A stretch of 36,936 nucleotides of DNA from Desulfobacterales bacterium. Lineage in GTDB: Bacteria; Desulfobacterota; Desulfobacteria; Desulfobacterales; JAFDCJ01. The stretch is taken from assembly GCA_050121225.1 (NCBI GenBank), contig JASFJP010000001.1, positions 1-36,936 of the forward strand. Reading direction: 5' to 3'. Every line of letters starts with the position of its first letter. Position 1 is the first letter of the stretch. Under the pieces are notes generated by a model. It searched no databases. It was not told the DNA's origin and worked only from the letters and a program-made list of their open reading frames with translations. A program made the translations under genes and the position numbers. This document shows, piece by piece, positions 9,017-19,565 of the stretch.

Positions 9017-9285
9017 GTATGCGCTTTGGTCATTGATATTTGTTTGTGCCCGACCTGGCGCTAGTGGGTAGGTGTATATCATCATCCGTTGTAAGCTTAC
9101 AGTGGAGATAATAAATACTGTAGCCTCTAATCCGGTCTGGGCCAGGGATTCGGTTTTGGGTGCTTGAAATTTTAATGATTTTCATGAACGAGTAATTTTT
9201 CCCCCCAAGCAATTACCCGATTAAATGACGTGGCCCCGACCCCAAATCTTAAACCTTTGAACCGGCCGCCCGAAGGGTGGCTATG

Positions 9286-10299
9286 CTATTCCCACACCCC
9301 ATCTATTTCAGCACCACATTGAGTGCATTTACCATTTTCAACTCGCATCTTTCCGATTTGGAAACCCCGGCGCTCGACAACCATATCGCCGCAGCTGTAA
9401 CAGAAGGTATTTTCTCCAACATCGCCGGGAACATTGCCGGTGTAAACATATTTCAATCCGGCACCCAACCCAATGTCTCTGGCCATGGTGAGGGTTTTAA
9501 CCGGCGTTGGCGGGCGATCGGTCAGTTTGTAGGTTGGATGAAATCGGCTGATATGCCAAGGCGTATCTGTTCCCAGATCTTCGGCAAGAAAGGCCGCCAA
9601 ATCTTTCAGCTCCGAGGGATTATCATTCAAACCCGGAACGATCAGAGTCGTCACCTCCACAAAAATTCCCAGGGTTTTCATGGTTTTTAAGGTGTCCTGT
9701 ACATGGTGAAGCGCAGCACTGCAGAGTTCTTTGTAATAACGGTCGGTAAACGCTTTCAGATCGACATTGGCCGCGTCTAGATAGGGATTGATCATCTCAA
9801 GCGCTTCACGGGTCATGTAACCGTTGGTCACAAAAACATTTCGAATCCCTTTCTCGTGCGCCAGTTTGGCAGTCTCAAACGCAAATTCGAAAAATATAGT
9901 TGGCTCGGTGTAGGTGTACGAAATGCTGTGGCAGCCTCCTCTTTCAGCCCCAATCACGACATCCTGCGGTGTATAGCTGTCACCCCAAATGATCCCTTCA
10001 TGATCCGTGGGCATTTGGGCAATATCCGCATTCTGGCAAAATTTACAGCGAAAGTTACAACCAACAGTTGCGATGGAATACGAAAGGGTCCCGGGAAGGA
10101 AATGAAATAATGGCTTTTTTTCGATGGGATCAATGTGGCGTGCGATGAGCTTTCCAAATACCAGCGTTTTCAGGACACCCGCCTGATTTTCGCGTACACC
10201 GCATCTCCCGCGTCGACCATCCTTTATCACACAACGATGGTTGCAGAGGTTGCATTTGACGTTACTCTCTCCCAGGGATTCATATAAATACGCTTCCAT
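9286..10299 (-). CDS. amrS: AmmeMemoRadiSam system radical SAM enzyme
   Basis: CNLCNHRC, DPIEKKPLFHF, GCNFRCKFCQN (CxxxCxxC), SYTYTEPT, WHISRFHP, YTGNVPG. Confidence 0.9.
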   Translation of the reverse strand: MEAYLYESLGESNVKCNLCNHRCVIKDGRRGRCGVRENQAGVLKTLVFGKLIARHIDPIEKKPLFHFLPGTLSYSIATVGCNFRCKFCQNADIAQMPTDHEGIIWGDSYTPQDVVIGAERGGCHSISYTYTEPTIFFEFAFETAKLAHEKGIRNVFVTNGYMTREALEMINPYLDAANVDLKAFTDRYYKELCSAALHHVQDTLKTMKTLGIFVEVTTLIVPGLNDNPSELKDLAAFLAEDLGTDTPWHISRFHPTYKLTDRPPTPVKTLTMARDIGLGAGLKYVYTGNVPGDVGENTFCYSCGDMVVERRGFQIGKMRVENGKCTQCGAEIDGVWE

Positions 10300-10373
10300 A
10301 AGTTTAATGCTCCCTTGCCGGAGTCAGCCGCCTTTTTGTGGTTTTTAACGGCCTGAGAAATTCGGAAAAATTC

Positions 10374-11120
10374 TTATCCAGTGGCAGCACCGGAAGGATC
10401 TTTTGCCTGATACCGCATCGTAAGCGGCTTAGTTCTAAATCGCGGGACAAGGGTCACCACCATCCCTGCAAACGCTCCGAAAGGGCACCGTTGAATGATT
10501 TTGTATTTTTCCAGGCCAAAAGAATACGTGCCTGAGGGAGTCGGAAGCTGGCATACCGTCCGCCAGGAGACGGGCACGTTTCCAACACTGCTGCGGATAA
10601 TCTGCTTAAGTTCCCACACGCTGTAAAACTTGGCATGATTAAAAATAGTCGGTGAAAAAATGCCTTTGACCCGCCGCTGAATCCCCTTGATGGCATAGCT
10701 GTTGAGAACTCCGATAAAAACGCGGTCTTTGGTTACGCGAATAGCCTCCTCCAGTGCTTTTTTTGGATCATCGACAAATTCCAAGGTGGTAAAAAAGCAA
10801 GAGTAATTGAATGAATTGTCATCAAACGGAAGATCTTCGGCATATCCACGATATAAATCAGCGCGCTGGCCTATTTTTTCCAAAGCCAGATCCAGCATGT
10901 AGGTAGACGGATCCAATCCGGTGACCTGAAGCCCCATTTCTAATAGTGCAGCCAGACACATCCCCGTTCCGCAACCGATATCAAGCACGGATTCGCCACG
11001 CATCGGCTGAAGTAAATCCCGCATCAAATGAGTTTCAAGCTCGAACACGGTTCTATTGTGTGGCTTCTTCAACCACTTGTCGTATGCTTTGGCTTCATGA
11101 AAATCAAAGACATGTCCCAT
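10374..11120 (-). CDS. Class I SAM-dependent methyltransferase (Methyltransf_11-like)
   Basis: VLDIGCGTG, GLDPS..ML, AEDLPFDDNSF, TTLEFVDDP. Confidence 0.88.
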   Translation of the reverse strand: MGHVFDFHEAKAYDKWLKKPHNRTVFELETHLMRDLLQPMRGESVLDIGCGTGMCLAALLEMGLQVTGLDPSTYMLDLALEKIGQRADLYRGYAEDLPFDDNSFNYSCFFTTLEFVDDPKKALEEAIRVTKDRVFIGVLNSYAIKGIQRRVKGIFSPTIFNHAKFYSVWELKQIIRSSVGNVPVSWRTVCQLPTPSGTYSFGLEKYKIIQRCPFGAFAGMVVTLVPRFRTKPLTMRYQAKDPSGAATG

Positions 11121-11669
11121 GCTGGGTAAGTTAAGGAATCTTTCCTACTTTATCAAGGGGAAAACGGACTGCCGGCCGCTTGAGCCTGCATTAGATTCGA
11201 TGACTGACGCACTGCTATCAGCCTTCACTGTCCCTTGATAACTAATGCTTTAAGTTTTTGCGTTAGTTCCTGTCTCTATGTAAGACTCCGTTATATTTAC
11301 TCTTAGCTAATTAGCAACTATATTTTTTAAACCTTGACTATTCAACTCTAAACGTATAAATAAAATTCAATAATTCAAAAAGAAAACAGGAAATGAAGGA
11401 GGAAAACTATTCGTAACGTTTCCCGGTTTCATCGGAAAAACGAACTCGGGAGCGCATCTTCACTCTTATTTAGTTTTCAGCAATCGATAAATAGTTTTGC
11501 ATTGCAATTCCTGCCTCAAAGATTCGACGAGGTTAAAGTTCGACGACAGATAATGTGCCAATAATTATTCAGATTAATAATTAACGACAACTGTCAATTA
11601 AACTGTCAAACATTAACCGTCTGGGTTAAAGCCAAAAAAAATTCAGATTATCGAAAGGAGGAACATGGC

Positions 11670-13256
11670 ATGTCAAAGCTGAAAGAACTGGAACTCTTGT
11701 TAGCCGGCGGGAAAATCACACGCCGTGAGTTTATCGCTCGCGTGTCCGCTCTGGGACTTATGGCAGCCGTGTCCCCGTCATTGCTAAGCACCACGGCTGA
11801 AGCGGCGCCCAAAAAAGGAGGTCGGGTAAAGATAGGCTCTGCCGGAGGTTCAACCACCGATTCCATGGATCCCGGAACCTTGATGCACACGATGCCGCAA
11901 ACCGTCAATCAATGCCTCCGGGGTATGCTGGTTGAAGTCGACTATAAAGGCGAACCGATTCCTGAACTGGCCGAAAGTTGGGAAGCCTCCCCGGATGCGT
12001 TGAAATGGACCTTCAAACTGCGCCAGGGCGTGGAATTTCACAACGGCAAAACCATGACCGCCGAGGATGTTGTGTATTCCTTCAATGAGCATCGCGGTGA
12101 GGATACCAAATCAGCTGCCAAAGGCGTGGTCGAGCCGATCGTCGACATCAAGGCCGACGGCAAATTCACGGTGGTATTCACATTGAAGGAAGGCAACGCC
12201 GATTTCCCCTTTATCGCCAGTGACTATCACATCCCCATCATCCCCTCTGGCACCAAGGGCAAGGAATATGAAAAGGGCATCGGAACAGGCCCCTTCAGCA
12301 TGGTGGCGTGGGAGCCCGGCGTCAGATTCCTTGGCAAACGCAATCCCAACTACTTCAGAGAGGACCGCCCCTACTTTGACGAGGTGGAAATCATCGGTAT
12401 TGCCGACACCAATGCCCGGACCAATGCCTTGAAAACCGGCCAGGTCCATGTGATAAACCGCTGTGAGCCCAAAACCTTCCACCTGCTTGAAAAGACGCCC
12501 AACGTCCAGGCTTTGAAGCTGGAGGGAGCCAGGCATTACACCATCCCCATGCTGACCACCATGAAACCCTACGACAACAACGATGTCCGGCTGGGGCTCA
12601 AATACGCGATCGACCGACAGCTGTTGGTGGATAAGATTCTGCGCGGATACGGCTACATCGGTAACGATCACCCAATTCCCAAAATCAACAAGTACTATGC
12701 CAAAGATCTGCCCCAGAGAGAGTACGACCCGGATAAGGCCAAGTCACATTTGAAGAAGGCGGGTATGTTGAATCACACCTTCAAGCTACATGCCGCCGAT
12801 GCCGCCTTTCCAGGAGCGGTAGATGCGTCGGTTCTGATACAAGAATCGGCAAGGAAGGCCGGTATTAAGATCCAAGTTGTTCGGGAGCCGGATGACGGTT
12901 ACTGGGAGAATGTCTGGATCAAGAAGGAATGGGTCCAGTGCTACTGGAGCGGGCGACCGACCGCGGATTGGATGTTCTCTCTAGCATATTCGAAAGATGC
13001 CAACTGGAACGACACCAAATGGAACCATCCGAAGTTCAACGAGCTGCTCAAAGCGGCCCGGGCCGAGCTTGACGACAAAAAACGGCGCGAGCTGTATGTG
13101 GAATGCCAGAGTATTGTACGCGACGAGGGTGCCACGCCCGTTCCGGCATTTGCCTTGCAGCTTTCCGCGGCAAGCAAGAAGCTCGCATTCAAAAATCCGG
13201 CGGCCAACTGGGAGTTTGACGGCTTTAGACTCCCGGAGCGCTGGTGGTTCGCTTAA
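11670..13256 (+). CDS. ABC transporter substrate-binding protein, family 5 (Dpp/Opp-like), Tat signal
   Basis: ITRREFIAR twin-arginine motif and AEA cleavage site; PELAESWE, LRQGVEFHNG, GTGPF; AAGGAGG RBS. Confidence 0.92.
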   Translation: MSKLKELELLLAGGKITRREFIARVSALGLMAAVSPSLLSTTAEAAPKKGGRVKIGSAGGSTTDSMDPGTLMHTMPQTVNQCLRGMLVEVDYKGEPIPELAESWEASPDALKWTFKLRQGVEFHNGKTMTAEDVVYSFNEHRGEDTKSAAKGVVEPIVDIKADGKFTVVFTLKEGNADFPFIASDYHIPIIPSGTKGKEYEKGIGTGPFSMVAWEPGVRFLGKRNPNYFREDRPYFDEVEIIGIADTNARTNALKTGQVHVINRCEPKTFHLLEKTPNVQALKLEGARHYTIPMLTTMKPYDNNDVRLGLKYAIDRQLLVDKILRGYGYIGNDHPIPKINKYYAKDLPQREYDPDKAKSHLKKAGMLNHTFKLHAADAAFPGAVDASVLIQESARKAGIKIQVVREPDDGYWENVWIKKEWVQCYWSGRPTADWMFSLAYSKDANWNDTKWNHPKFNELLKAARAELDDKKRRELYVECQSIVRDEGATPVPAFALQLSAASKKLAFKNPAANWEFDGFRLPERWWFA

Positions 13257-13387
13257 GTCGGCACCTCTCCGTAAAACACGGTTCTCGAACATGTCTCAAT
13301 TAAGCCTTATCACCGGCCACCCGCCCTGGGAAAGCAGGTGATCAAGCTAACCGCAATTTGTTCTACAAAACTATAGGTTGGGAAAAA

Positions 13388-14350
13388 ATGAAAGATATAC
13401 TCACCATGGTAGCCAAACGCCTTGCGTTGGGGATACTGACCATTTTCGTCGTCTCTGTTATTATTTTCGTGGGCGTGGAGGCACTGCCGGGCGATCTGGC
13501 GACGGCCATCCTGGGACAGGAGGCAACACCGGAAACCGTAGCCGCATTTCGCAGGGAGCTCAAGTTGGATCTTCCACCGCATGTGCGCTATTTTGCCTGG
13601 CTGGGCGATTTTATGAAAGGTGATCTGGGCACCTCCCTGGCCAACAAACGCCCAATCGTCGATTTAGTCGTTTGGCGTTTTGCCAATACGATATTTTTAG
13701 CAGCCACAGCAGCCGTGATATCGGTGCCGCTCGCAATTCTGCTCGGGCTTCTTGCTGCGCTTTACCGTGGCAGCTGGTTTGACAATCTCATTTCCACAAG
13801 CACACTCAGCGCGATTTCCTTCCCGGAATTCTTTATCGCCTACATTCTGATCGCCTTGCTCTCGGTTCAATTAATTATCTTTCCCAGTATTTCCAGCATA
13901 AACGATCAAATGTCGTTTTGGGAGAAAATTCATGCCATTATTCTTCCCAGCCTGACGCTTACGTTTATCGTAACCGCTCACATGATGCGCCAGACGCGTG
14001 CAGCGATCATCAATGTCCTGGCCAGCTCGTTTATCGAGATGGCTCAGTTAAAAGGTTTAAAGCGTATGCGGATTATTGTTCTGCACGCATTCCCCAATGC
14101 CCTGTCGCCGGTTATTAATGTGGTAGCGATTAATCTGGCCTATCTTGTTGTGGGCGTTGTGCTCGTTGAAGTGGTATTTGTCTACCCGGGTTTGGGCCAG
14201 CTGCTGGTGGATTCCGTAGCCAAACGTGATATTCCCGTTGTTCAGGCCAGCGGCCTTATTTTTGCCACGGTTTATGTCTCGCTGAATCTTTTAGCTGATA
14301 TCCTGTCAATTCTCAGTAATCCCAGATTGCTGCATCCAAGATCAAAATAA
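13388..14350 (+). CDS. ABC transporter permease (DppB-like)
   Basis: LPGDLA..ILG, GDLGTS, EAA-like IEMAQLKGL, VEVVFVYPGLG; ATG 13388 preferred over TTG 13358. Confidence 0.9.
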   Translation: MKDILTMVAKRLALGILTIFVVSVIIFVGVEALPGDLATAILGQEATPETVAAFRRELKLDLPPHVRYFAWLGDFMKGDLGTSLANKRPIVDLVVWRFANTIFLAATAAVISVPLAILLGLLAALYRGSWFDNLISTSTLSAISFPEFFIAYILIALLSVQLIIFPSISSINDQMSFWEKIHAIILPSLTLTFIVTAHMMRQTRAAIINVLASSFIEMAQLKGLKRMRIIVLHAFPNALSPVINVVAINLAYLVVGVVLVEVVFVYPGLGQLLVDSVAKRDIPVVQASGLIFATVYVSLNLLADILSILSNPRLLHPRSK

Positions 14351-14364
14351 GGAGAATAATCGAG

Positions 14365-15189
14365 ATGGCTTTCTTCAAATTACTCAGGCAATCACCGCTA
14401 GCCGCGCGCATTGGTCTTGCAATGGTACTGATAAATGTCTTTGCTGCCGTATTTGCTCCGGTTATCACTCCTTATGGAGAAACAGAAGTGGTCGGCGATG
14501 TTTGGCTTTCTTCGAGCAGGGGTCATCTGTTGGGAACCGATCATATCGGAAGGGATATGTTTACGCGTCTGATTTACGGCGCCCGGAATACAATAGCGAT
14601 AGCGTTTATCACAACATTGCTTTCGTTCTTTTTAGGCGCTCTTTTCGGAATTTTTGCGGCAGCACTCGGCGGCTGGACCGATATGGGTCTAAGCCGTGTG
14701 GTCGACATTTTAATGGCCATCCCGATGCTTATTTTTGCGTTAGTCGTGCTGTCGGTGGTCGGCACGTCCATAACCGCTATGATATTGGTCATCGCGGTGC
14801 TCGACTCTACGCGGGTTTTTCGTCTGTCGAGGGCCGTAGCTGTAGATATTTCAGTCATGGAGTACGTTGAAGCGGCAAGGCTTCGCGGCGAAGGAATCGG
14901 GTGGATCATGCGCAAAGAAATACTGCCCAATGCCATGCCGCCGTTAGTCGCGGAATTCGGCCTGCGTTTCTGTTTCGTATTTTTATTCATCGCCTCGCTT
15001 AGTTTTCTGGGTCTGGGTATTCAACCCCCTACGGCGGACTGGGGAGGCATGGTACGGGAAAATGCAGGGGCGATTACCTTCGGCATATTTACGCCGCTAT
15101 GGCCAGCCGGGGCGATCGCATTCCTGACGGTAGGCGTCAACTTAATTGTTGACTGGTTTCTGAAGATTGCTAGCGGGTTAAAGGATTGA
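14365..15189 (+). CDS. ABC transporter permease (DppC-like)
   Basis: LGTDHIGRD, YVEAARLRGE, LSFLGLGIQPPTADWG; AGGAG RBS. Confidence 0.92.
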   Translation: MAFFKLLRQSPLAARIGLAMVLINVFAAVFAPVITPYGETEVVGDVWLSSSRGHLLGTDHIGRDMFTRLIYGARNTIAIAFITTLLSFFLGALFGIFAAALGGWTDMGLSRVVDILMAIPMLIFALVVLSVVGTSITAMILVIAVLDSTRVFRLSRAVAVDISVMEYVEAARLRGEGIGWIMRKEILPNAMPPLVAEFGLRFCFVFLFIASLSFLGLGIQPPTADWGGMVRENAGAITFGIFTPLWPAGAIAFLTVGVNLIVDWFLKIASGLKD

Positions 15190-15258
15190 AAATTGCAGAT
15201 TGAATATCGAATAGATAAGGCATTCTTCCGATAAATATTCAATTAAGAAGGTTTACCA

Positions 15259-16923
15259 ATGACCCAACTACTTACTATGAAAAAAATAGTGATCGAAGGC
15301 TTCAGCTCTGAAGAAGAGCGATGGATGCCGATCATCAATGGCCTCGACCTCACTTTGGATAGAGGCGAGGTTCTTGGTCTGATAGGGGAATCCGGCGCAG
15401 GAAAATCGACCCTCGGGTTGGCTTCCATGTCCTATACCCGGGGGGGCTGCAGAATCTCCTCCGGTTCGATCGTCTTTGACGGCATAGAACTATTCGGCCA
15501 GTCGGATGAGTTCTTAAGAAAAATCAGAGGCGTACGTATTGCCTATGTGGCCCAAAGCGCCGCAGCCTCCTTTAATCCAGCGCATCGGCTCATAAAACAG
15601 TATGCCGAAGCACCGATACAGCACGGTCTAATGAATTTTCACCAAGCGGAAGAAAAGGCGGTAGACATTTACAGGCGTCTTCTGCTGCCGGATCCTGAAG
15701 GCATTGGTTACCGCTATCCCCATCAGGTTTCCGGGGGACAGCTGCAGCGCGCCATGGTGGCCATGGCCATGGCCTGCACCCCGGATATTATCATCTTCGA
15801 TGAGCCCACTACGGCACTGGACGTTACCACCCAAATAGAGGTTCTGGCCGCCATCAAGAAAATAGTCAGGGAATTTAACACGGCAGCTATTTATATCACC
15901 CACGATCTGGCCGTGGTGGCCCAATTAGCCGACCGTATCATGGTACTCAGATACGGGGATTTGGTCGAGGAAAACAATGCCAGGGAATTGATGGCCAATC
16001 CAAAAGAGGAATATACCAGAGCATTGCTTTCGGTCCGCACTCTCAGGGAGGACAGGGATCTGTCCGTTACGGAACATGATATTGTCCTTGAAGTCGAAAA
16101 CGTGTCGGCCAGTTACACTGGAAAAGCCCATGAAAAGGTGCTTGAAGACATTAATCTCAAGGTCAGACGCGCCCGAACTGTTGCCCTGGTCGGCGAATCC
16201 GGCAGTGGTAAAAGCACGCTGGCACGGGTGATAACCGGTCTGCTGCCGCCGCTTGAAGGCAAAGTTATCTATGGCGGGAAGGAACTGCCGCCGGCTTTGA
16301 AATCACGCGACCGAACAACTCTCAGAATAATGCAAATGATTTATCAAATGCCGGATACGGCTCTGAATCCCAGACAGAAGGTAGGCGATGTCCTGGGACG
16401 TCCACTCACCTTTTACTTTCATATACACGGTAAAGAAAGAGACCAGAGGGTTAGGGAACTTCTGGAAATGATCGAATTATCGCCAAAGAAATATAAAGAT
16501 CGACTACCAGGGGAACTGTCCGGGGGCGAAAAGCAGAGGGTCTGTATTGCCCGTGCCCTGGCGGCTAAGCCCGACCTGATTATCTGTGATGAACCGACAT
16601 CGGCTCTGGATCAGCTGGTTGCCGAAGGTATATTAAAGCTGCTGCAAAATCTGCAAAACGAACTCCACGTATCCTATCTTTTTATTACTCATGATCTGGC
16701 AACGGTTAAAGCCATATCCGATGAGATTGTCGTCATGCTGCAAGGCAGAATTGTTGAACAGGGTGTCAAGAAGGACGTCCTTACACCGCCACACCATGAA
16801 TATACGGAATTATTGCTCTCATCCGTACCGGAGATGGATCCGGATTGGCTCGATAGTGTTTTGGCAATGCGCAAAGAAAAAGGGATCGGACTCAAGGAGA
16901 TACAAGAAACTAAAGAGATTTGA
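15259..16923 (+). CDS. ABC transporter ATP-binding protein, fused double NBD (DppD/F-like)
   Basis: Two Walker A motifs (GESGAGKS, GESGSGKS), two signatures (VSGGQ, LSGGE), two DEPT Walker B motifs. Confidence 0.93.
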   Translation: MTQLLTMKKIVIEGFSSEEERWMPIINGLDLTLDRGEVLGLIGESGAGKSTLGLASMSYTRGGCRISSGSIVFDGIELFGQSDEFLRKIRGVRIAYVAQSAAASFNPAHRLIKQYAEAPIQHGLMNFHQAEEKAVDIYRRLLLPDPEGIGYRYPHQVSGGQLQRAMVAMAMACTPDIIIFDEPTTALDVTTQIEVLAAIKKIVREFNTAAIYITHDLAVVAQLADRIMVLRYGDLVEENNARELMANPKEEYTRALLSVRTLREDRDLSVTEHDIVLEVENVSASYTGKAHEKVLEDINLKVRRARTVALVGESGSGKSTLARVITGLLPPLEGKVIYGGKELPPALKSRDRTTLRIMQMIYQMPDTALNPRQKVGDVLGRPLTFYFHIHGKERDQRVRELLEMIELSPKKYKDRLPGELSGGEKQRVCIARALAAKPDLIICDEPTSALDQLVAEGILKLLQNLQNELHVSYLFITHDLATVKAISDEIVVMLQGRIVEQGVKKDVLTPPHHEYTELLLSSVPEMDPDWLDSVLAMRKEKGIGLKEIQETKEI

Positions 16924-16952
16924 GATACGAAAAATTATAGGGAGAAGTAATC

Positions 16953-18551
16953 ATGTCGGAGATGAAAAAGCTTGAGAGCTTATTGACACAGGGAAAAATT
17001 ACTCGGCGTGACTTCCTGGCCTGCCTATCCGCTTTAGGCCTTACGGCTGCATTGTCTCCTGCAATATTGGCCAATCCGGCCAGGGCTGCTAAACCCCAAA
17101 ACGGCGGACGGCTCAGACTCGGCATGGCCGGAGGCTCGACCACCGACTCGCTGGATCCTGCGACGATGACAGACGCGATGGCGTATAATATCAATTGGCA
17201 AATCAGGAACTGCCTCGTTGAAGTTGACTACAAGGGTAACCCTATGCCTGAATTGGCCGAAAATTGGGAGGCTTCCAAGGATGCCGTCCAATGGATTTTT
17301 AAATTGCGCAAGGGTGTCGAATTTAGCGATGGGAAATCACTGGACGCCGAAGATGTGGTCTATTCCATCAATCACCACAGAGGAAAAGAATCCAGGTCGG
17401 CCGCCAAGGGTATTGTTGACCCAATCGAAGACATAAAGGCCGACGACAAACACACGGTCGTGTTCACATTGAAGGAAGGAAACGCCGATTTCCCTTTCAT
17501 CATGAGTGACCCTCATCTATCCATCGCTCCTGCCGGCACCAAGGAGGCCGACTGGAAAAAAGGCATCGGCACTGGCGGCTACACATTAATTAGTTATGAA
17601 CCTGGCTACAATGCATTTACCCAAAGGAACCCCAACTACTGGAAGGAAGGACGCGCTCACTTTAATGAGGTTGAGACTCTTGGTATTGCGGATGTCACTG
17701 AAAGGATCGTCGCCTTGCACAGAGGACAGATCGATGCCATGAATCGGTTTGAACTGAGACTTAATCATCTGCTACCAAAGGCACGTGGTATCCAGATCAT
17801 AAACGTGACCGGGACAAAACATTATTCGATCCCGATGCTCACCGATAGGGAACCGTTTAACAACATCGACGTCAGATTGGCTCTGAAGTACGCCATCAAT
17901 CGTGAGCAATTGCTCGAAAAGATTCTACGCGGTTACGGCAGCCTTGGTAACGACCATCCCATTGCGCCGACACAAAAATTTCATGCATCCGAATTACCCC
18001 AGAGAGAATATGATCCTGACAAGGCTCGATTTCTTATGAAAAAGGCCGGAGTGTTGGATTACACCTTCAGTCTTCACGCCGCTAATGCTGCCTGGCCGGG
18101 AGCGAAAGCCGCAGATGCTGCTATGCTTTTCAGAGAACACGCCGCCAAGGCCGGTATCAAGATAGAGGTAATAATTGATCCCGATGACGGTTATTGGAGT
18201 GACGTCTGGATGAAAAAACCATGGGTTATGTGCTACTGGAGCGGCCGGGCCACTGCGGATTGGATGTTCTCTACGGCTTACGCAGAGGGTTCAGCCTGGA
18301 ACGATACGTTTTGGAAACATGAACGATTTAACAAATTGTTAAAAGAGGCTCGCGCAGAACTTAACGAAGCGAAGCGCCATGAGATGTATATAGAAATGCA
18401 AACTATAGTGCATGATGAGGGCGGCGTCATCATTCCGGTTTTTGCGAATAATATTGAGGTTGCAAGCCAGAAAGTTAGGTTCGAAAATCCAGCCGGCAAC
18501 TGGGAGATGGATGGTCACAGAGCTGCAGAGCGCTGGTGGTTTGAGTCATAA
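16953..18551 (+). CDS. Second family-5 ABC substrate-binding protein, Tat signal (paralog of 11670-13256)
   Basis: ITRRDFLAC; collinear with the first SBP (GGSTTDS.DP, LKEGNADFPFI, CYWSGR.TADWMFS, ERWWF). Confidence 0.92.
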   Translation: MSEMKKLESLLTQGKITRRDFLACLSALGLTAALSPAILANPARAAKPQNGGRLRLGMAGGSTTDSLDPATMTDAMAYNINWQIRNCLVEVDYKGNPMPELAENWEASKDAVQWIFKLRKGVEFSDGKSLDAEDVVYSINHHRGKESRSAAKGIVDPIEDIKADDKHTVVFTLKEGNADFPFIMSDPHLSIAPAGTKEADWKKGIGTGGYTLISYEPGYNAFTQRNPNYWKEGRAHFNEVETLGIADVTERIVALHRGQIDAMNRFELRLNHLLPKARGIQIINVTGTKHYSIPMLTDREPFNNIDVRLALKYAINREQLLEKILRGYGSLGNDHPIAPTQKFHASELPQREYDPDKARFLMKKAGVLDYTFSLHAANAAWPGAKAADAAMLFREHAAKAGIKIEVIIDPDDGYWSDVWMKKPWVMCYWSGRATADWMFSTAYAEGSAWNDTFWKHERFNKLLKEARAELNEAKRHEMYIEMQTIVHDEGGVIIPVFANNIEVASQKVRFENPAGNWEMDGHRAAERWWFES

Positions 18552-18582
18552 TAACCAATGATAGAAGAATTCTAAAAGGGAA

Positions 18583-18617
18583 AATAGGCAAACGCGGTGT
18601 GTTTGGCCTATTGTTTT
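18583..18617. terminator. Probable bidirectional terminator between SBP2 and usp
   Basis: AATAGGC-AAACGC-GGT-GTGTTT-G-GCCTATT hairpin flanked by A- and T-rich runs between convergent genes. Confidence 0.6.
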
Positions 18618-19014
18618 ATTTTTTTACGGTAACCACCGGGCATGGTGCGTGAAAGATTACATACTGAGCGGTTGAGCCGAATATTAATTTATCAACCTTA
18701 GATTTTTTAATGATGCCAATATAAATGCGCTCCACCTTCTCATCTTGGGCAAAGTCTATCAGCTGTTCTCCGGAAGTCAGTGAGGTTAATAAAACTTGGG
18801 TTTCATAGGGGACAATACCATCACCTAGCAGGTCCATCACTTCCCTTTTCAGGTCCTCCTCCTTCTCTTGGATTTTGGAAGGTTTTAATGGAAGTTCCCT
18901 GGTGATCGTGTTAACCACTTCCAATGTTACTTCTGAACCTTTGGCATCCTTGTGGGCCACTTTTAAAGCAGATTTAGCTGCTTCCGACCCATCATAACAG
19001 ACCATAAACTTCAT
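18616..19014 (-). CDS. Universal stress protein (Usp family)
   Basis: MKFMVCYDGSEAA...FGSTAQYVIFHAPCPVVTVK; AGGGGG RBS before ATG 19014. Confidence 0.9.
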   Translation of the reverse strand: MKFMVCYDGSEAAKSALKVAHKDAKGSEVTLEVVNTITRELPLKPSKIQEKEEDLKREVMDLLGDGIVPYETQVLLTSLTSGEQLIDFAQDEKVERIYIGIIKKSKVDKLIFGSTAQYVIFHAPCPVVTVKK

Positions 19015-19565
19015 AATGCCCCCCTGTATATTTGGAAAAAATGATGCGATTTTGGAGTATTGATTTAAAATGATAATACGCCGAGAACCAAGTTTCAAGA
19101 AAAACCGTCACCCTTTATCGCTGCCGTTAATATGGAATAGCAGGTAAAACCGCGGAAAAGATCAGATTAGCGGTTCTTATTCCTTCAATCCCACTATACT
19201 AAGATCCCATTGTTCTTTTCTCCCAATTTTGGTCTGCGCGCTAGTTTTTTTTAACCCTTTACTGTTGGGCATTTTATTGGTAATCTTTTTGTTTGGTTCT
19301 ACCATGTGGAAACCTCCAGTTTAATGCTTCTTGATTTGGCAAAGCCGCATATAACTGGAAACCCGGATGGTTTTTCAAATGTTGGTTGCGGTAGTGTGCA
19401 AAATTCAGGCATTACTATAAAATCCCTACCGCCGCGTACTCTCTAAGCGTCCAATCTGGAGAGATATGCAATGGATACAATGGAACTATGCCTAAAAGTC
19501 TTTGAATAGCGTCTAAAATTTAGCATTGGCAGCAATCGAATTGTCATTAAGTGGGAGGTGCAAAC

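Noticed and set aside
11589-11609. AACTGTCAA direct repeat upstream of the ABC operon
   Set aside because: Only two short copies in AT-rich DNA; too weak to call a regulator site.
15199-15243. ATTGAATAT / ATATTCAAT inverted repeat between permease and ATPase
   Set aside because: AT-rich 9-bp stem with a long loop and no U-tract; no supportable function.
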